A DNA stretch of 32,000 bases from Synechocystis sp. PCC 6803 substr. PCC-P. GTDB lineage: Bacteria > Cyanobacteriota > Cyanobacteriia > Cyanobacteriales > Microcystaceae. Of this stretch, positions 1 through 8,684 are shown piece by piece. Numbering within the stretch: the first letter of the stretch is position 1; each line of letters begins with the position of its first letter. The notes beneath the pieces were generated by a model, which was not told the origin of the DNA, made no database searches, and worked only from the letters and a program-made list of their open reading frames with translations. Position numbers and translations under genes: made by a program. The stretch covers positions 2,760,001-2,792,000 of the forward strand of contig NC_017039.1 in the NCBI RefSeq assembly GCF_000284455.1, given 5' to 3'.

Positions 1-781
1 TCTGTTTCACCCAGTCCAGATCTTGGTAACGGCTATCTACCCCCACAGCGGCCACCCAATTACTTTCCGCTTCCCCCTGTTGGCCATCTACCCAGAGCAC
101 AGCGGTGAGGGCGGCCCGCATATCCGCAAACATGGGATATTTTTTCACCAGACGACGCATGGTTTGAATGGCTTCGGTTTTTTGTCCCAATTCGTACAAC
201 GCTAGGGCAGTATTGGCCTGGGCAAAGGCAAAATTAGGGGCGATCGCCGTGGCTTGCTGGAAATCTTCCAATGCACTGGTCCAATTCCCTAGACCCCCTT
301 CTGCATTACCCCGATTATTGTAGGCAAAGGCATCTTCCGGGTTAACGGCTAAAACCCGATTATAGTCAGCGATGGCGGCTTTAAATTCCCCTTTAGCTTC
401 CAAGGCAGTGCCCCGGTTGAGGTAAGGATCCGTTTGTTCCGGTGCCAACTCAATGGCCTGGTTAAAATCGGCGATCGCCTCGTCCAATTTGTTTTGGCTA
501 ACCCGGGAATTACCCCGATTGCTCCACACAGCCGGATTCTGGGGAAACTTTTCGATCAATTCCGTCCAATATTTCTCGGCGGTGACAAAATCCCCTGCTT
601 CAGTGGCAGCAAAGGCTTTATCCGTCAGGCTATCTCCCACTTCTAACTGTTCATCGGTAAGGGGAATGGGGCTTTCCGTTGCCCAGACTGGGGAAGGAAA
701 AAACAGCAACAAACCTACCAACACAATGCCCCAGAGGGAGGGCATAAGCAAAGCAAAATATTTTCGTAGAAGGGAAAGCAT
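1..781 (-). CDS. TPR-repeat exported protein, partial (runs off the left edge)
   Basis: The minus strand from ATG at 779-781 reads open to the window edge (MLSLLRKYFALLMPSLWGIVLVGLLLFFPSPVWATESPIPLTDEQ...). It has a signal-peptide-like start followed by TPR-like repeats (NPAVWSNRGNSRVSQNKLDEAIADFNQAIELAPEQTDPYLNRGTALEAKGEFKAAIADYNRVLAVNPEDAFAYNNRGNAEG). It is absent from the ORF track because no stop lies inside the window. Confidence 0.85.
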   Translation of the reverse strand, partial: MLSLLRKYFALLMPSLWGIVLVGLLLFFPSPVWATESPIPLTDEQLEVGDSLTDKAFAATEAGDFVTAEKYWTELIEKFPQNPAVWSNRGNSRVSQNKLDEAIADFNQAIELAPEQTDPYLNRGTALEAKGEFKAAIADYNRVLAVNPEDAFAYNNRGNAEGGLGNWTSALEDFQQATAIAPNFAFAQANTALALYELGQKTEAIQTMRRLVKKYPMFADMRAALTAVLWVDGQQGEAESNWVAAVGVDSRYQDLDWVKQ

Positions 782-816
782 TAAAAAAATCTGGAGTTGG
801 GAATGGGATCAACTGG

Positions 817-849
817 ATGCAACTCATTGTAAATTTTCTCCGCGGTAAT
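817..849. repeat. Imperfect 33-bp direct repeat, copy A (copy B at 3179-3211)
   Basis: ATGCAACTcATTGTAAATTTTCTCcGcGGtAAT vs ATGCAACTaATTGTAAATTTTCTCtGgGGaAAT, 29/33 identical by eye. Confidence 0.6.
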
Positions 850-881
850 CTTCAAATTATTGCGCCCCGGTGAACTTGACT

Positions 882-929
882 TCCGACCGACCGGACGGTA
901 TCTTGAAAGTGTCCAACCAACTGGACGGT
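882..929. promoter_or_regulatory. Pair of similar 18-bp elements with internal dyads, candidate TetR-family (PrqR) operators
   Basis: TCCGACCGACCGGACGGT (882-899) and TCCAACCAACTGGACGGT (912-929), 3 mismatches in 18, offset 30 bp. Each contains a dyad with a 6-nt spacer (TCCG-N6-CGGA and GTCCA-N6-TGGAC). They lie just upstream of the TetR gene. Confidence 0.6.
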
Positions 930-997
930 TTAATTATTTCCAGGTCTTCTGTCAATTTAAAAAAGAATATTTGCATTATCTGCGGAGGCGAAATTAT

Positions 998-1561
998 ATG
1001 GTTTCTGGAAAAAGGCTTCGTTCCAAGTCCATCCAACCCAGCCAACTACTAACTGCGGCTAATCAAGTCATTGTTAGTCAAGGGGTGGACGCCCTCACCT
1101 TGGATGCGGTGGCTAGTGAAGCAGGGGTGAGCAAAGGCGGATTGTTACACTACTTTCCCACCAAGGAGGCTTTAATTGCGGGCATGGTTCAGCAGGCCCT
1201 AGACAGGTTTGTGGAAACATTGCATCAGGAACTTGCCAATGATCCAGCCCCCGACACCCCAGGGCATTGGGTTAGGGCTTATATTCGAGCCTCAGCGCTA
1301 GACGACCAGGAAAATTATGAACTCCATTTCAATTTGCTGGCCGCAAACTTCACCAATCCTGAATTGTTGGCCCCCATGCGACATTTTTGGCAAGAGTGCC
1401 ATGGGCAGATTATGGCTAGCGGGCTCGATCCGGCCGTAGCAACGGTGATTCGATTAGCTATGGACGGTCTTTGGTTAACCCACTTACACGGTTTTGCTCC
1501 CCTGGAAGACCCCCTGCGCTCCCAGGTCATTGCCACTGCTCTGAAACTGGCCCAGCTATAG
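998..1561 (+). CDS. prqR: TetR-family transcriptional regulator
   Basis: Start chosen at ATG 998 behind a GGAGG-like RBS, giving 187 aa (MVSGKRLRSKSIQPSQLLTAANQVIVSQGVDALTLDAVASEAGVSKGGLLHYFPTKEALI...), a typical TetR HTH. The longer track ORF (860) would read through the operator repeats. Symbol inferred from pairing with the MATE gene. Confidence 0.88.
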   Translation: MVSGKRLRSKSIQPSQLLTAANQVIVSQGVDALTLDAVASEAGVSKGGLLHYFPTKEALIAGMVQQALDRFVETLHQELANDPAPDTPGHWVRAYIRASALDDQENYELHFNLLAANFTNPELLAPMRHFWQECHGQIMASGLDPAVATVIRLAMDGLWLTHLHGFAPLEDPLRSQVIATALKLAQL

Positions 1562-1694
1562 TTTCCCAATTTTTCATCTTTTGCCGACGTTTGCCAAATG
1601 GTTTCCAGCGCTGGTTGGTGGCTCTAGGGAATATCTTTAGAGAAAATTTGTTTTTTCATATTTAATAACTATTTTAGTTCTTTGGGTCAATGCT

Positions 1695-3080
1695 ATGACA
1701 GATATTTCAATGCGATTTGGCATGCAAGCAGAGGCCCGTGAATTTCTTAAATTAGCAGTGCCCCTGGCCGGTGCTCAAATGGCTCAGGCGGCAACGGGAT
1801 TTGTCGATACGGTCATGATGGGTTGGCTGGGGCAGGATGTGCTGGCGGCGGGGGGATTAGCCACTATGATCTTTATGGCATTTATGATGACTGGGGTGGG
1901 ATTAATCTCCGGGGTCAGCCCCCTAGTGGCAGAGGCCTATGGCGCTGGCCAAACCCGGCGCATTGGGCAATTAACTCGTCAGGGTTTATGGATTGTCCTA
2001 CTGCTATCAATTCCGGGAATGTTGTTCATAACCCACCTCAACGGGGTGATGCATTGGTCTGGCCAGGCTGACACAACCATCATTCTTTCAGATTCCTATT
2101 TGAATGTGATGGCCTGGGGTTTATTTCCGGCGATCGCCTTTGCTACGCTCCGGGGCTGTATTATTGCCCTTTCCCAAGCGCGGCCGATAATGCTGATTGT
2201 GATCGCAGCAACTTTGTTTAATATTCTTGGCAACTATGGGTTGGGATTTGGCAAATGGGGGTTTCCTGCCCTAGGAATTACCGGCTTAGCCATTGCTAGT
2301 ATCAGTGCCCATTGGATTATGTTTCTGTCCTTGCTGGTTTATATGCTTTGGCACAAACCCCTCCATCAATATTCATTGTTCGACTCTCTCCATCATTTGA
2401 AGCCAAGAATTCTGCAACAGTTACTTTGGGTCGGAGGTCCCATCGGTATCGCCGCCGTTTTGGAGTATGGATTATATCTAACCGCTAGCTTTTTTATGGG
2501 GGCATTGGGAACACCGATTTTAGCGGCCCATCAAGTGGTGTCCCAAACTGTGCTTGTTCTGTTTATGGTTCCTCTGGCCATGTCCTACGCGGCCACCGTT
2601 CGGGTCGGGCAATGGTTTGGTCAACAGCATTGGCCACAAATTCGACAGGCGGCCTTGGTGAGTATTGGTTTGGCTGTATTATTCATGCTGACCGCTGGCA
2701 TCGCTTTATTGGCCTATCCCCAGCAAATTATCGGACTATATCTTGACCTTAATGACCCTGCCAATGGGGAGGCTTTAAATGTCGGTATTTCCATTATGAA
2801 GATTGCTGCTTTTGGACTGGTATTGGACGGGTTACAAAGAACAGCCAACGGTGTCTTACAAGGACTACAAGATACCCGCATTCCCATGGTGCTTGGCACG
2901 ATCGCCTATTGGGGCATTGGTTTAACCGCAAGCTATTTACTGGGATTTTATACCCCTCTATCGGGGGCAGGGGTTTGGATCGGAACATACATTGGCCTAG
3001 CGGCGGCCTCTATTGCCTATTTGTGGCGATTCCAGAAGGTTATGGTGCGGAAAAAATCCCTTCCCGTTGCTAGATCTTAA
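1695..3080 (+). CDS. prqA: MATE-family multidrug efflux transporter
   Basis: 461 aa polytopic protein with MATE features (LAVPLAGAQMAQAATGFVDTVMMGWLG; APILAAHQVVSQTVLVLFMVPLAMSYAATVRVGQ). Confidence 0.88.
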   Translation: MTDISMRFGMQAEAREFLKLAVPLAGAQMAQAATGFVDTVMMGWLGQDVLAAGGLATMIFMAFMMTGVGLISGVSPLVAEAYGAGQTRRIGQLTRQGLWIVLLLSIPGMLFITHLNGVMHWSGQADTTIILSDSYLNVMAWGLFPAIAFATLRGCIIALSQARPIMLIVIAATLFNILGNYGLGFGKWGFPALGITGLAIASISAHWIMFLSLLVYMLWHKPLHQYSLFDSLHHLKPRILQQLLWVGGPIGIAAVLEYGLYLTASFFMGALGTPILAAHQVVSQTVLVLFMVPLAMSYAATVRVGQWFGQQHWPQIRQAALVSIGLAVLFMLTAGIALLAYPQQIIGLYLDLNDPANGEALNVGISIMKIAAFGLVLDGLQRTANGVLQGLQDTRIPMVLGTIAYWGIGLTASYLLGFYTPLSGAGVWIGTYIGLAAASIAYLWRFQKVMVRKKSLPVARS

Positions 3081-3178
3081 TCCATAATTGCCATGTAATT
3101 TTGGCATTAAGTTAAAGCTATTGAATGTCTTTTCAGCCAAATATTCAACTTGATCAAACTAATAATTGGGGAGACTAA

Positions 3179-3211
3179 ATGCAACTAATTGTAAATTTTC
3201 TCTGGGGAAAT
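3179..3211. repeat. Imperfect 33-bp direct repeat, copy B (copy A at 817-849)
   Basis: See copy A; the two copies bracket the prqR-prqA pair. Confidence 0.6.
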
Positions 3212-3381
3212 ATTCCCATTACTGTCTGCCAACAAGGAACAACTTAGGAGTATTTACCTATAGGCGATCGCCAACGAGGGGGGAGGATGGCAATGACCAG
3301 TAAAAAACCCTCCACTTGAAGGGTTTAGGTTTCCAGAAATTGTTGCTTAAGTTATAAAAGTTCCCTTTAACGCTCCTCCCT

Positions 3382-6300
3382 ATGAATAGCATCCTTTCCC
3401 CCATTACCGTAGCGGTGGGCGGCTCCCTCTGGTGGAATGGCTTCACCGCTGATTTCACCATCACCAACACTTCTACCACTAGCCTCAGCAATTGGACTTA
3501 CACCTTCGACACTGTCCACAAAATTTCCGGTAATCCCTGGGGCGCAACTTTTACCAGCGTGGATTTGGGCAATGGCATCACCCGCTACACATTAACTGGG
3601 GCTGGTTGGGCATCGAGTATTCCCCCCGGTGGTTCCGTCACCATTGGTTTTAATGGTACCCAGGGAACGGCGATCGGTAATAGCGGCTCTTTGACTTCTG
3701 CTTTATTATTCACCGACGTTAATGCCAATACTGGGGGGACTGGGGGAGAACATCAGCATCCAGATCCTATTCCTCCCACGGATCCAGTCGTAGATCCCAC
3801 TCCTAACCCCGGCACTGGTAGAGTATTTGCTGCCAATCCTGCGGCCGCCGATATTGTCGGTTTCAATCCCGCTGTGGATAGGTTGGATTTTGGCGATGTG
3901 TCGGTGCATAACCTCATCCTTGGTAAAACCAGCACCGGGAAAGTGGCCATCATTAATCCCTGGGCTTGGACTCCTGAGTTTCAGATTATCCGGGGAGTTA
4001 GCTTTGATGATTTGACAGCGGCCAATTTTGGCATTGTGCAGAACGAGCATCTGCGGCAGGACATTGGCGGAGTCCTCAGTTGGGAATTAGGTTTAGGGGC
4101 AAGAAATAGTAATACGGTTTATGTCCGTTCCCATGAGTATGGGGTGCAGGAACGGATCGAGAATTTTAACCCCGCCACCATGAAGTTGAGCTTTCTCTAC
4201 TACGGCACTAGGGAAAGATTAACCGTTAGCGATACGCCGGAGGGTTTATTAATTGCCACCCAACCCACGGGACAAACTTTGTTGCTGGTGGGGGTAACCC
4301 GCAGTCAACTCATTCCGGCTAATTTGGAATTTCACCATGACCAGGTGGTGGAAGACCGCTTAGAAGATGCCTTTGGGGTCACTGTCGAGCAAGTTACCGT
4401 TGTTAGTCGCACTGGTTTAGCCACTCCCCAGGGGCCAGCGGGACAAATTACCGATGGTCATCAGAGCAGGCCCGGTAATGGTTTAACTCCCATTGGTGGT
4501 GGGGAATTTAGCGGCGGTGCTGGGGGTCATGGTAGTGGCCATGATCACGGTGACCATGACCATGGCGGCGGTATGGACCACGGTTCTGATCCCGGTGATG
4601 GCATGGGGGGAGGCACTACCAATCCTCCGGTCACCGATCCAGTCACGCCCCCACCCACCGATCCTGTTTCTCCCACTAGTCCTTTCACTGTCACGGTGGG
4701 AGGTAATCGTTGGTGGAATGGCTTTACGGCGGAGTTGACTGTAACTAACGTTTCGGGAACTAAGCTTAATAGCTGGAGCTTTACCTTTGATACGGTGCAT
4801 AAAATTTCCGGTAGCCCCTGGGGAGCCACTGTCCAAAGTACAGATTTAGGAGGAGGCATTACCCGTTATGTGGTCACCGGCAGTGAATGGGCCGCTTCCA
4901 TTGCCCCTGGCAGTTCGGTCAAAGTTGGCTTTAACGGTACCCAAGGAACGGCGATCGCCAACGACGGGGCCTTAACCGCAGATTTACTCTTTCTCGGTGG
5001 CGGTATAGTTGGTCAACCCAGCACTGGCTCTGGTGGTAATACTGGAGGAACTCCCACTAATCCCAATCCCCCCACTGACCCCATTAATCCTAACCCCAAT
5101 CCTGTTGATCCCGTCGATCCCCCGGCGATCGCCAATGGGGACCATAATTACGGCGAAGCGTTGCAAAAATCTTTCCTGTTTTACGAAGCCAACCGTTCTG
5201 GAGACTTAGACGAATCCACTAAACGCATTGACTGGCGGGGAGATTCCGGGTTAAGGGATGGCCGGGATGGCATTTATTTTGGTGGACAAAGTAGCGGTAA
5301 TTTACAAGCAGGTTTAAGCCTGGATTTAACCGGTGGTTATCATGATGCGGGGGACCACGGCAAATTTGGCTTACCCCTTGCTTCCACATTAACCACCCTG
5401 GCCTGGGGCGGCGTGGAATTTACGGACGGTTACCAAACCAGTGGCCAAATGGATGATCTCCTTGCAACCATACGGTGGGGGACGGACTATCTACTCAAAG
5501 CTCACGTTACCAACGCCAATGGAGAGACAGTATTTTTTGTCGCCCAGGTGGGTAACGCTTCAGCAGATCATTCCCTCTGGAGTGCCCCGGAAAGCCAAAC
5601 CATTGCCCGGCCAGCCATGGCGGTTACTGCTAATAAACCTGGTTCCGATGTGGCGGCGGGTTCAGCGGCGGCCCTGGCGGCGGCTTCTATTCTGTTCCGA
5701 GAAGCGGGGGATTTTGCCTATGCGGATGAATTGTTAGTCAATGCCCAATCTTTATATCGATTTGCGGACACCTACCGGGGTAAATATTCCGACTCTATTC
5801 CCGAAGTGCGGAACTATTACAACTCCTGGAGTGGCTATGAAGATGAGTTGGCCTATGGGGCAGCGTGGTTGTCCCGGGCGGTTAATAGTGCAGGGGGGGA
5901 TGGTTCTGCCTATCTGCAAAAGGCATTGAACATTTACAACAGTGACATTGGGGGATTGAGTCGGGGTTGGACCCACAATTGGGACGATGCCTCCTATGGT
6001 GTGGCGGTAATATTAGCCCAAGACACCGGTAATCAAGCGATTAAACAAGATGTGACCCGCTGGCTAGATGCTTGGGTCAATGGCACCGATGGGGTGCAAA
6101 TCACTGACGGCGGTTTGCGGTTTATTAGCCAATGGGGTTCCCTACGCTACGCGGCCAATACGGCAATGCTGGCAGCGGTCTATTCCGACGGCTTAACCGA
6201 TCCCACTGGTAAGTATGCCCAGTTAGCCCAGGACACAGTGGACTATATTTTAGGCAGTAATCCCCGCAATGCTAGCTATATGGTGGGTTACGGCAATGAT

Positions 6301-6594
6301 TTTCCCCAACAGCCCCACCATCGGGCAGCTTCGGGAGTGGGCTGGGACGGTTTCCGCAACGGCTTGCCCAATGAGCATATTTTGTTCGGTGCTTTGGTGG
6401 GCGGTCCCACTGCGGCCAATGACTTTAGTTATAACGACTCCCGGGATGACTACATCAGCAACGAAGTGGCCATTGATTACAATGCAGGCTTAACGGGAGC
6501 ATTGGCTTGGTCGGTGGAACAGTTTGGGGGTAATCCCCTCACGGCGGCCCAGTTGAATGCTTTACCTGGTATTTCAGCGCCCCAAGGGATGTAG
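3382..6594 (+). CDS. Large multidomain protein: CBM2-like, uncharacterised duplicated module, His/Asp/Gly-rich linker, CBM2-like, GH9 (endoglucanase-like)
   Basis: 1070 aa. There are two copies of a cellulose-binding-like module (WWNGFTADFTITNTS...WTYTFDTVHKISGNPWG...GFNGTQGTAI). The C-terminal GH9 signatures are YHDAGDHGKFGLP, YMVGYGNDFPQQPHHRAAS and SNEVAIDYNAGLTGAL. Confidence 0.88.
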   Translation: MNSILSPITVAVGGSLWWNGFTADFTITNTSTTSLSNWTYTFDTVHKISGNPWGATFTSVDLGNGITRYTLTGAGWASSIPPGGSVTIGFNGTQGTAIGNSGSLTSALLFTDVNANTGGTGGEHQHPDPIPPTDPVVDPTPNPGTGRVFAANPAAADIVGFNPAVDRLDFGDVSVHNLILGKTSTGKVAIINPWAWTPEFQIIRGVSFDDLTAANFGIVQNEHLRQDIGGVLSWELGLGARNSNTVYVRSHEYGVQERIENFNPATMKLSFLYYGTRERLTVSDTPEGLLIATQPTGQTLLLVGVTRSQLIPANLEFHHDQVVEDRLEDAFGVTVEQVTVVSRTGLATPQGPAGQITDGHQSRPGNGLTPIGGGEFSGGAGGHGSGHDHGDHDHGGGMDHGSDPGDGMGGGTTNPPVTDPVTPPPTDPVSPTSPFTVTVGGNRWWNGFTAELTVTNVSGTKLNSWSFTFDTVHKISGSPWGATVQSTDLGGGITRYVVTGSEWAASIAPGSSVKVGFNGTQGTAIANDGALTADLLFLGGGIVGQPSTGSGGNTGGTPTNPNPPTDPINPNPNPVDPVDPPAIANGDHNYGEALQKSFLFYEANRSGDLDESTKRIDWRGDSGLRDGRDGIYFGGQSSGNLQAGLSLDLTGGYHDAGDHGKFGLPLASTLTTLAWGGVEFTDGYQTSGQMDDLLATIRWGTDYLLKAHVTNANGETVFFVAQVGNASADHSLWSAPESQTIARPAMAVTANKPGSDVAAGSAAALAAASILFREAGDFAYADELLVNAQSLYRFADTYRGKYSDSIPEVRNYYNSWSGYEDELAYGAAWLSRAVNSAGGDGSAYLQKALNIYNSDIGGLSRGWTHNWDDASYGVAVILAQDTGNQAIKQDVTRWLDAWVNGTDGVQITDGGLRFISQWGSLRYAANTAMLAAVYSDGLTDPTGKYAQLAQDTVDYILGSNPRNASYMVGYGNDFPQQPHHRAASGVGWDGFRNGLPNEHILFGALVGGPTAANDFSYNDSRDDYISNEVAIDYNAGLTGALAWSVEQFGGNPLTAAQLNALPGISAPQGM

Positions 6595-6617
6595 GAAAAC
6601 AAGCTCAGAATGCTGCG

Positions 6618-6637
6618 GGGAGAAGGGCAACTCCCCA
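6618..6637 (+). terminator. Possible terminator hairpin after the GH9 gene
   Basis: GGGGAG-N8-CTCCCC, 24 nt after the stop codon, with a second small stem (CCAGC...GCTGG) just after. No convincing U-tract. Confidence 0.3.
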
Positions 6638-6849
6638 CCAGCCCCAAATTTTTGCTGGCGATAAATATTTTTCGGTTTAATTGTTCACAAAGCTTTTTGA
6701 ATTTGAGTTTATAGAAATTTATTGGCTGGTAATGCTTTTTTGCCCCCCTGCAGGACTTCATTGATCCTTGCCTATACCATCAATATCATTGGTCAATAAT
6801 GATGATGATTGACTAAAACATGTTTAACAAAATTTAACGCATATGCTAA

Positions 6850-6864
6850 ATGCGTAAACTGCAT
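6850..6864 (+). promoter_or_regulatory. Candidate LysR-type (NtcB-like) binding dyad upstream of nirA
   Basis: ATGC-N7-GCAT containing T-N11-A (T6851...A6863), located 15 bp upstream of the NtcA-type site. Confidence 0.45.
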
Positions 6865-6879
6865 ATGCCTTGGCTGAGT

Positions 6880-6893
6880 GTAATTTACGTTAC
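6880..6893 (+). promoter_or_regulatory. NtcA-binding site (GTA-N8-TAC) of the nirA promoter
   Basis: GTAatttacgtTAC at 6880-6893. A -10-like TATATT follows at 6917-6922, 23 nt downstream, matching class II NtcA promoter architecture. Confidence 0.8.
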
Positions 6894-6952
6894 AAATTTT
6901 AACGAAACGGGAACCCTATATTGATCTCTACTGTTATCTGGCTTGAAGCGTT

Positions 6953-8461
6953 GTGGCTAATAAATTTGAGACCGTTAAGGCAACCAAAGATGGTTTGGCT
7001 GTCCGGGCTGAGTTGGAACATTTTGCCCAGATTGGTTGGGAAAATATCCCCGAAGAGGACCGGGATCTGCGCTTGAAGTGGTTAGGCATTTTTTTCCGCC
7101 CTGTCACCCCCGGCGAGTTTATGCTCCGTTTTCGTATTCCCCACGGCTTGCTCACCAGTCAGCAATTACAGGTCATTGGCGACATTATTAACCGCTACGG
7201 CGATCGGGGCAATGGGGACATCACCACCAGGCAAAATTTGCAGGTCCGGGGCATCAAAATTGAAGATATTCCCGATATTTTTAGCAAGCTGGAAAGCTGT
7301 GGTCTAACCTCGGTCCAGTCCGGCATGGATAATGTCCGTAACATCACAGGCTCTCCGGTGGCAGGGTTGGAAAAAGATGAATTGATTGATACCAGAGACC
7401 TGGTGCAAGGGGTACAGGACATGATCACCAATGGTGGTCGGGGCAATCCGGAATTCACCAACTTGCCCAGGAAGTTTAACATTGCCATCGAAGGAAGCCG
7501 GGATAATTCTGTCCACGCAGAAATTAACGACGTGGCTTTTGTCCCAGCCTATCGGGAGGGAATTCTCGGTTTTAACGTAGTGGTGGGGGGCTTTTTCTCT
7601 TCCCGTCGTTGTGAAGCCGCTATTCCCCTCGATGCTTGGGTGCAACCGGATCAGCAGGTGGTGGATTTATGCCGTTCTATCTTGGAAATTTACCGTGACC
7701 ATGGTCTGCGGGCTAACCGTCAAAAGTCCCGCCTAATGTGGCTAATTGATGAATGGGGGGTGGCTAAATTCCGGGAAGAAGTGGCCGCTAAGTTGCCTTT
7801 CCCTCTGTTAACAGCGGCTCCTAAGGACGAATTAGATTGGGATAAGCGAGATCATTTAGGGGTTCATCCCCAGAAACAAGCCGGGTTAAATTACGTGGGT
7901 CTCCATGTGCCGGTGGGCCGTCTCTATGCCAATGACTTTTTTGAACTCTCCCGTTTAGCAGATACCTATGGAAGTGGGGAAGTGCGGCTGACGGTGGAAC
8001 AGAATTTAATTTTGGTCAATGTCCCTGACGAAAAACTGGAGGCTTTGTTGGCGGAACCGTTATTAACTAAGTTTCGAGTTGACCCCCACAATCTGCAACG
8101 GTCAGTGGTGTCCTGTACGGGGGCGCAGTTTTGCAAGTTTGCCTTGATTGAAACAAAAAATCGAGCTTTGGCCATGGTGGCGGCTTTGGAAAAAGAGTTG
8201 ACGGTGCCTAAGCCCGTGCGGATCCACTGGACTGGATGTCCCAATTCCTGTGGCCAACCCCAGGTGGCGGACATTGGCCTGATGGGAACCAAAGTGCGGA
8301 AAGATGGCAAAACAGTGGATGGTGCCGATGTTTATCTGGGGGGAAAAGTGGGTAAGGATGCCCATTTGGGTACCTGTGTCCATAAGAGTATTCCCTGTGA
8401 TGAACTGCAGCCTTTGTTAGCTCAGATTTTGATTGAACAATTTGGCGCTGTGCGGCGTTGA
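6953..8461 (+). CDS. nirA: Ferredoxin-nitrite reductase
   Basis: 502 aa with GTG start. Siroheme/4Fe-4S motifs CTGAQFCKFALIETKNRA and TGCPNSCGQPQVADIGLMG; NtcA-type promoter upstream supports nitrite over sulfite reductase. Confidence 0.92.
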   Translation: MANKFETVKATKDGLAVRAELEHFAQIGWENIPEEDRDLRLKWLGIFFRPVTPGEFMLRFRIPHGLLTSQQLQVIGDIINRYGDRGNGDITTRQNLQVRGIKIEDIPDIFSKLESCGLTSVQSGMDNVRNITGSPVAGLEKDELIDTRDLVQGVQDMITNGGRGNPEFTNLPRKFNIAIEGSRDNSVHAEINDVAFVPAYREGILGFNVVVGGFFSSRRCEAAIPLDAWVQPDQQVVDLCRSILEIYRDHGLRANRQKSRLMWLIDEWGVAKFREEVAAKLPFPLLTAAPKDELDWDKRDHLGVHPQKQAGLNYVGLHVPVGRLYANDFFELSRLADTYGSGEVRLTVEQNLILVNVPDEKLEALLAEPLLTKFRVDPHNLQRSVVSCTGAQFCKFALIETKNRALAMVAALEKELTVPKPVRIHWTGCPNSCGQPQVADIGLMGTKVRKDGKTVDGADVYLGGKVGKDAHLGTCVHKSIPCDELQPLLAQILIEQFGAVRR

Positions 8462-8684
8462 TTTTAGGGTTCTAGTCCTAGTCCGCTTCCCCATCGTTAA
8501 TGTCCCCAGATTTATCAGCTGTAATACCCTGTGGGAGTTTTCCCGTGGGAATCCCATGGCTTTGAACTCTGCTGGGCGGCAATGGTTCGTGGATAGGTAG
8601 GTAACTTACTCACCGAAAAAATAATTCCATTGAACTGAAATTATTGGATCACATTTAATTACAACTAATCACAAGGAGAAACCC

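Noticed and set aside
453-848. Plus-strand 131-aa ORF
   Set aside because: Lies antisense to the well-supported minus-strand TPR protein; no family-like features.
860-997. Upstream extension of the TetR ORF
   Set aside because: It covers the operator dyads and has no regulator-like sequence; ATG 998 has a good RBS.
8600-8612. Possible NtcA site upstream of cynS
   Set aside because: GTAGGTAACTTAC has a 7-nt rather than 8-nt spacer between GTA and TAC and no well-placed -10; not canonical.
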